Positions 62,715-64,000 of a stretch of DNA of 64,000 nucleotides are shown in pieces. The position numbers were made by a program, and so were the translations under genes. The notes below the pieces were generated by a model. That model saw only the letters and a program-made list of their open reading frames with translations, did no database searches and was not told where the DNA came from. The DNA is from an uncultured Actinomycetes bacterium (GTDB lineage: Bacteria; Actinomycetota; UBA4738; HRBIN12): positions 870,833 to 934,832 of the forward strand of contig CAVOIB010000002.1 in assembly GCA_963695975.1 (NCBI GenBank), given 5' to 3'. Numbering within the stretch: position 1 is the stretch's first letter; every line of letters starts with the position of its first letter.

Positions 62715-63368
62715 GTGCTACGTTCCCGTTCCAGCCTAGATGTTGTGGTTCGAACCGGGGTTCGAGAGGCGGGAGACCGGCGCGTGGATTGGCTACTCCT
62801 CGGCGCGTTAGGCATCATGTGGGTGGCGTTCCTCCTGCCGTCGGATCGACGGCAACGGACCGCGACGCGAAGCGTCGAAGACTTCGAACGCCGGATGGAG
62901 CTGCTGGCGCACGTGGAAGCACAGGGGAGTCAGGGGCGGTGGATCGTCACGCCCCGCAAAGGCGCTCGGTTCGTCGGGGTTGCCGAGCGACGGCGAGCGC
63001 GGGTCCGTGAGCGCCGACGCAGGGTGCTCGTCTTCCTCCTCGAATCGATCTGTCTGACGTTCTTGATCGGACTGGTCCCGCCGTTGCGCGTGGTGTGGTA
63101 CCTGAGCGCGATCTTCGGCGGGCTCTTGGTGCTGTACGTCTGGCTGCTCCTGTCGATCAAGCATCGCGCGTCGATCCAGCCGCATGAGACCGCACGAGCC
63201 GCGCGCGCGCCCGCCCGTGTGAAGACGCCGGTAACCGCGGTGCCGCGCTACGTGGTCGACAACATGGCCGGCTGGGCTCGCCCCACCTTCAACGGACTCG
63301 GCTCCGTCGGCGAAGGCGACCGCGTACACGTCGTCGTCCGCCCCGCCGGCGACATGGCCGGGGCCTGA
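62709..63368 (+). CDS. Hypothetical membrane protein (3 TM spans)
   Basis: 219-aa ORF starting at ATG 62709. An alternative GTG at 62784 after GGGAG is equally plausible. TM spans include LLLGALGIMWVAFLL, VLVFLLESICLTFLIGLV and VVWYLSAIFGGLLVLYVWLLL. Confidence 0.55.
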   Translation: MWVLRSRSSLDVVVRTGVREAGDRRVDWLLLGALGIMWVAFLLPSDRRQRTATRSVEDFERRMELLAHVEAQGSQGRWIVTPRKGARFVGVAERRRARVRERRRRVLVFLLESICLTFLIGLVPPLRVVWYLSAIFGGLLVLYVWLLLSIKHRASIQPHETARAARAPARVKTPVTAVPRYVVDNMAGWARPTFNGLGSVGEGDRVHVVVRPAGDMAGA

Positions 63369-63414
63369 TCCTCACCGGCCGCGACGTACCCCTTTGCTAG
63401 TCTGACCCCCTCCT

Positions 63415-63491
63415 GGGGGTGTAGCTCAGCCCGGTAGAGCGCTGCCCTCGCACGGCAGAGGTCAGGGGTTCGAATCCCCTCACCTCCACCA
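63415..63491 (+). tRNA. tRNA-Ala (anticodon CGC), with encoded CCA
   Basis: I folded it by hand. Acceptor stem: GGGGGTG/CACCTCC, with the G3:U70 alanine identity pair. D arm: GCTC-AGCCCGGT-AGAGC. Anticodon arm: CTGCC-CTCGCAC-GGCAG (anticodon CGC). T arm: AGGGG-TTCGAAT-CCCCT. Discriminator A followed by CCA. Confidence 0.93.
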
Positions 63492-63571
63492 GGACCCGCT
63501 GTTACCCTGCCACCATCGAGGACGTTCGCATCGACCTGTGCACGAAAGGCTTCCCAGCGGTCGACGCTCCG

Positions 63572-64000
63572 GTGCCGCTCGCCGAGGTCGCCGAGCAGGG
63601 ATGGACGCTCAGCGATCTCCCCACGCCCGTCATGGTCCTGCGCGAACCGGCGCTCGAACACAACCTGCGGCTGATGGGTGAGTTCTGCCGCGCCTGGGGC
63701 GTGAACATCGCGCCGCACGGCAAGACGACGATGGCGCCGCAGCTCTGGCGCCGGCAGCTCGATGCCGGCGCTTGGGGGATCACCGCGGCGACGGTCACCC
63801 AGGCCCGCGTGATGCGCGCGGCCGGCGTTCCGAAGATCCTGTTGGCGAACGAGCTGGTGGATCCCGTGTCGATCGCCTGGGTCGCCTCTCAGCTCGCCGA
63901 TCCTGGGTTCGGGTTCATGTGCTACGTGGACTCCGACCGTGGGGTCGAACTGCTGACCGAGCACCTTCGGTCCGCGGGAGCCGCGCGTCCGCTGCCGGTT
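63572..64000 (+). CDS. 5' part of a PLP-dependent amino-acid deaminase/aldolase of the alanine-racemase-N fold (DSD1/D-threonine-aldolase-like); runs off the right edge
   Basis: This is not in the supplied ORF track. The frame is open from 63425 to the window end. Translation: ..PTPVMVLREPALEHNLRLMGEFCRAWGVNIAPHGKTTMAPQLWRRQLDAGAWGITAATVTQARVMRAAGVPKILLANE. PHGKT is the expected PLP-lysine context. The first canonical in-frame start is the GTG at 63572, so the start is uncertain. Confidence 0.65.
   Translation, partial: MPLAEVAEQGWTLSDLPTPVMVLREPALEHNLRLMGEFCRAWGVNIAPHGKTTMAPQLWRRQLDAGAWGITAATVTQARVMRAAGVPKILLANELVDPVSIAWVASQLADPGFGFMCYVDSDRGVELLTEHLRSAGAARPLPV

Noticed and set aside
63248-63964. 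238-aa minus-strand ORF crossing the tRNA-Ala gene
   Set aside because: It runs antisense through a tRNA and through a plus-strand ORF that has a clear PLP-enzyme signature, so it is an artefact.

Overview
This is a very GC-rich, gene-dense chromosomal segment; third codon positions are almost all G/C, so every frame carries long spurious ORFs. It looks like Actinomycetota: a deazaflavin/DDN-type enzyme, an MptB-like GT-C glycosyltransferase, FmdB/Ruc-galU-moeA-moaC synteny, many GTG/TTG starts, and many 4-nt start/stop overlaps. I call about 62 protein-coding genes and one tRNA-Ala(CGC). I found no rRNA, CRISPR array, transposase, integrase or phage genes. Most of the content is metabolism and envelope functions. 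Metabolic genes include a dimethylglycine-oxidase-like enzyme with dedicated etfBA and a DgcA/OYE-type flavoprotein, a tryptophanase-like lyase, MTAP, GalU, MoeA/MoaC, a sulfite-oxidase-family Mo enzyme and TldD/PmbA. Envelope genes include UppP, a GH25 muramidase, GT-C-like membrane proteins and lipoproteins. The loci I consider most worth a second look are listed here. (1) A tightly overlapped four-gene operon: CCCH zinc-ribbon protein, small basic/acidic protein, DEAD-box helicase, and AlkZ-type (Q-A-Q) crosslink DNA glycosylase. (2) A tandem pair of SulP-STAS transporters, each fused to a cyclic-nucleotide-binding domain. (3) A single-polypeptide GT4 glycosyltransferase / GH130-like fusion overlapped with an unknown partner gene. 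(4) A CzcO-type flavin monooxygenase and TMEM175 K+ channel operon behind an 18-bp perfect palindrome. (5) A LOG - cytoplasmic PLD - SGNH lipoprotein operon. (6) Two divergent genes 23 bp apart whose -10 boxes overlap on a GCTAGC palindrome, implying two leaderless transcripts. All family assignments come from reading motifs in the translations, with no database search, and start codons are best guesses.
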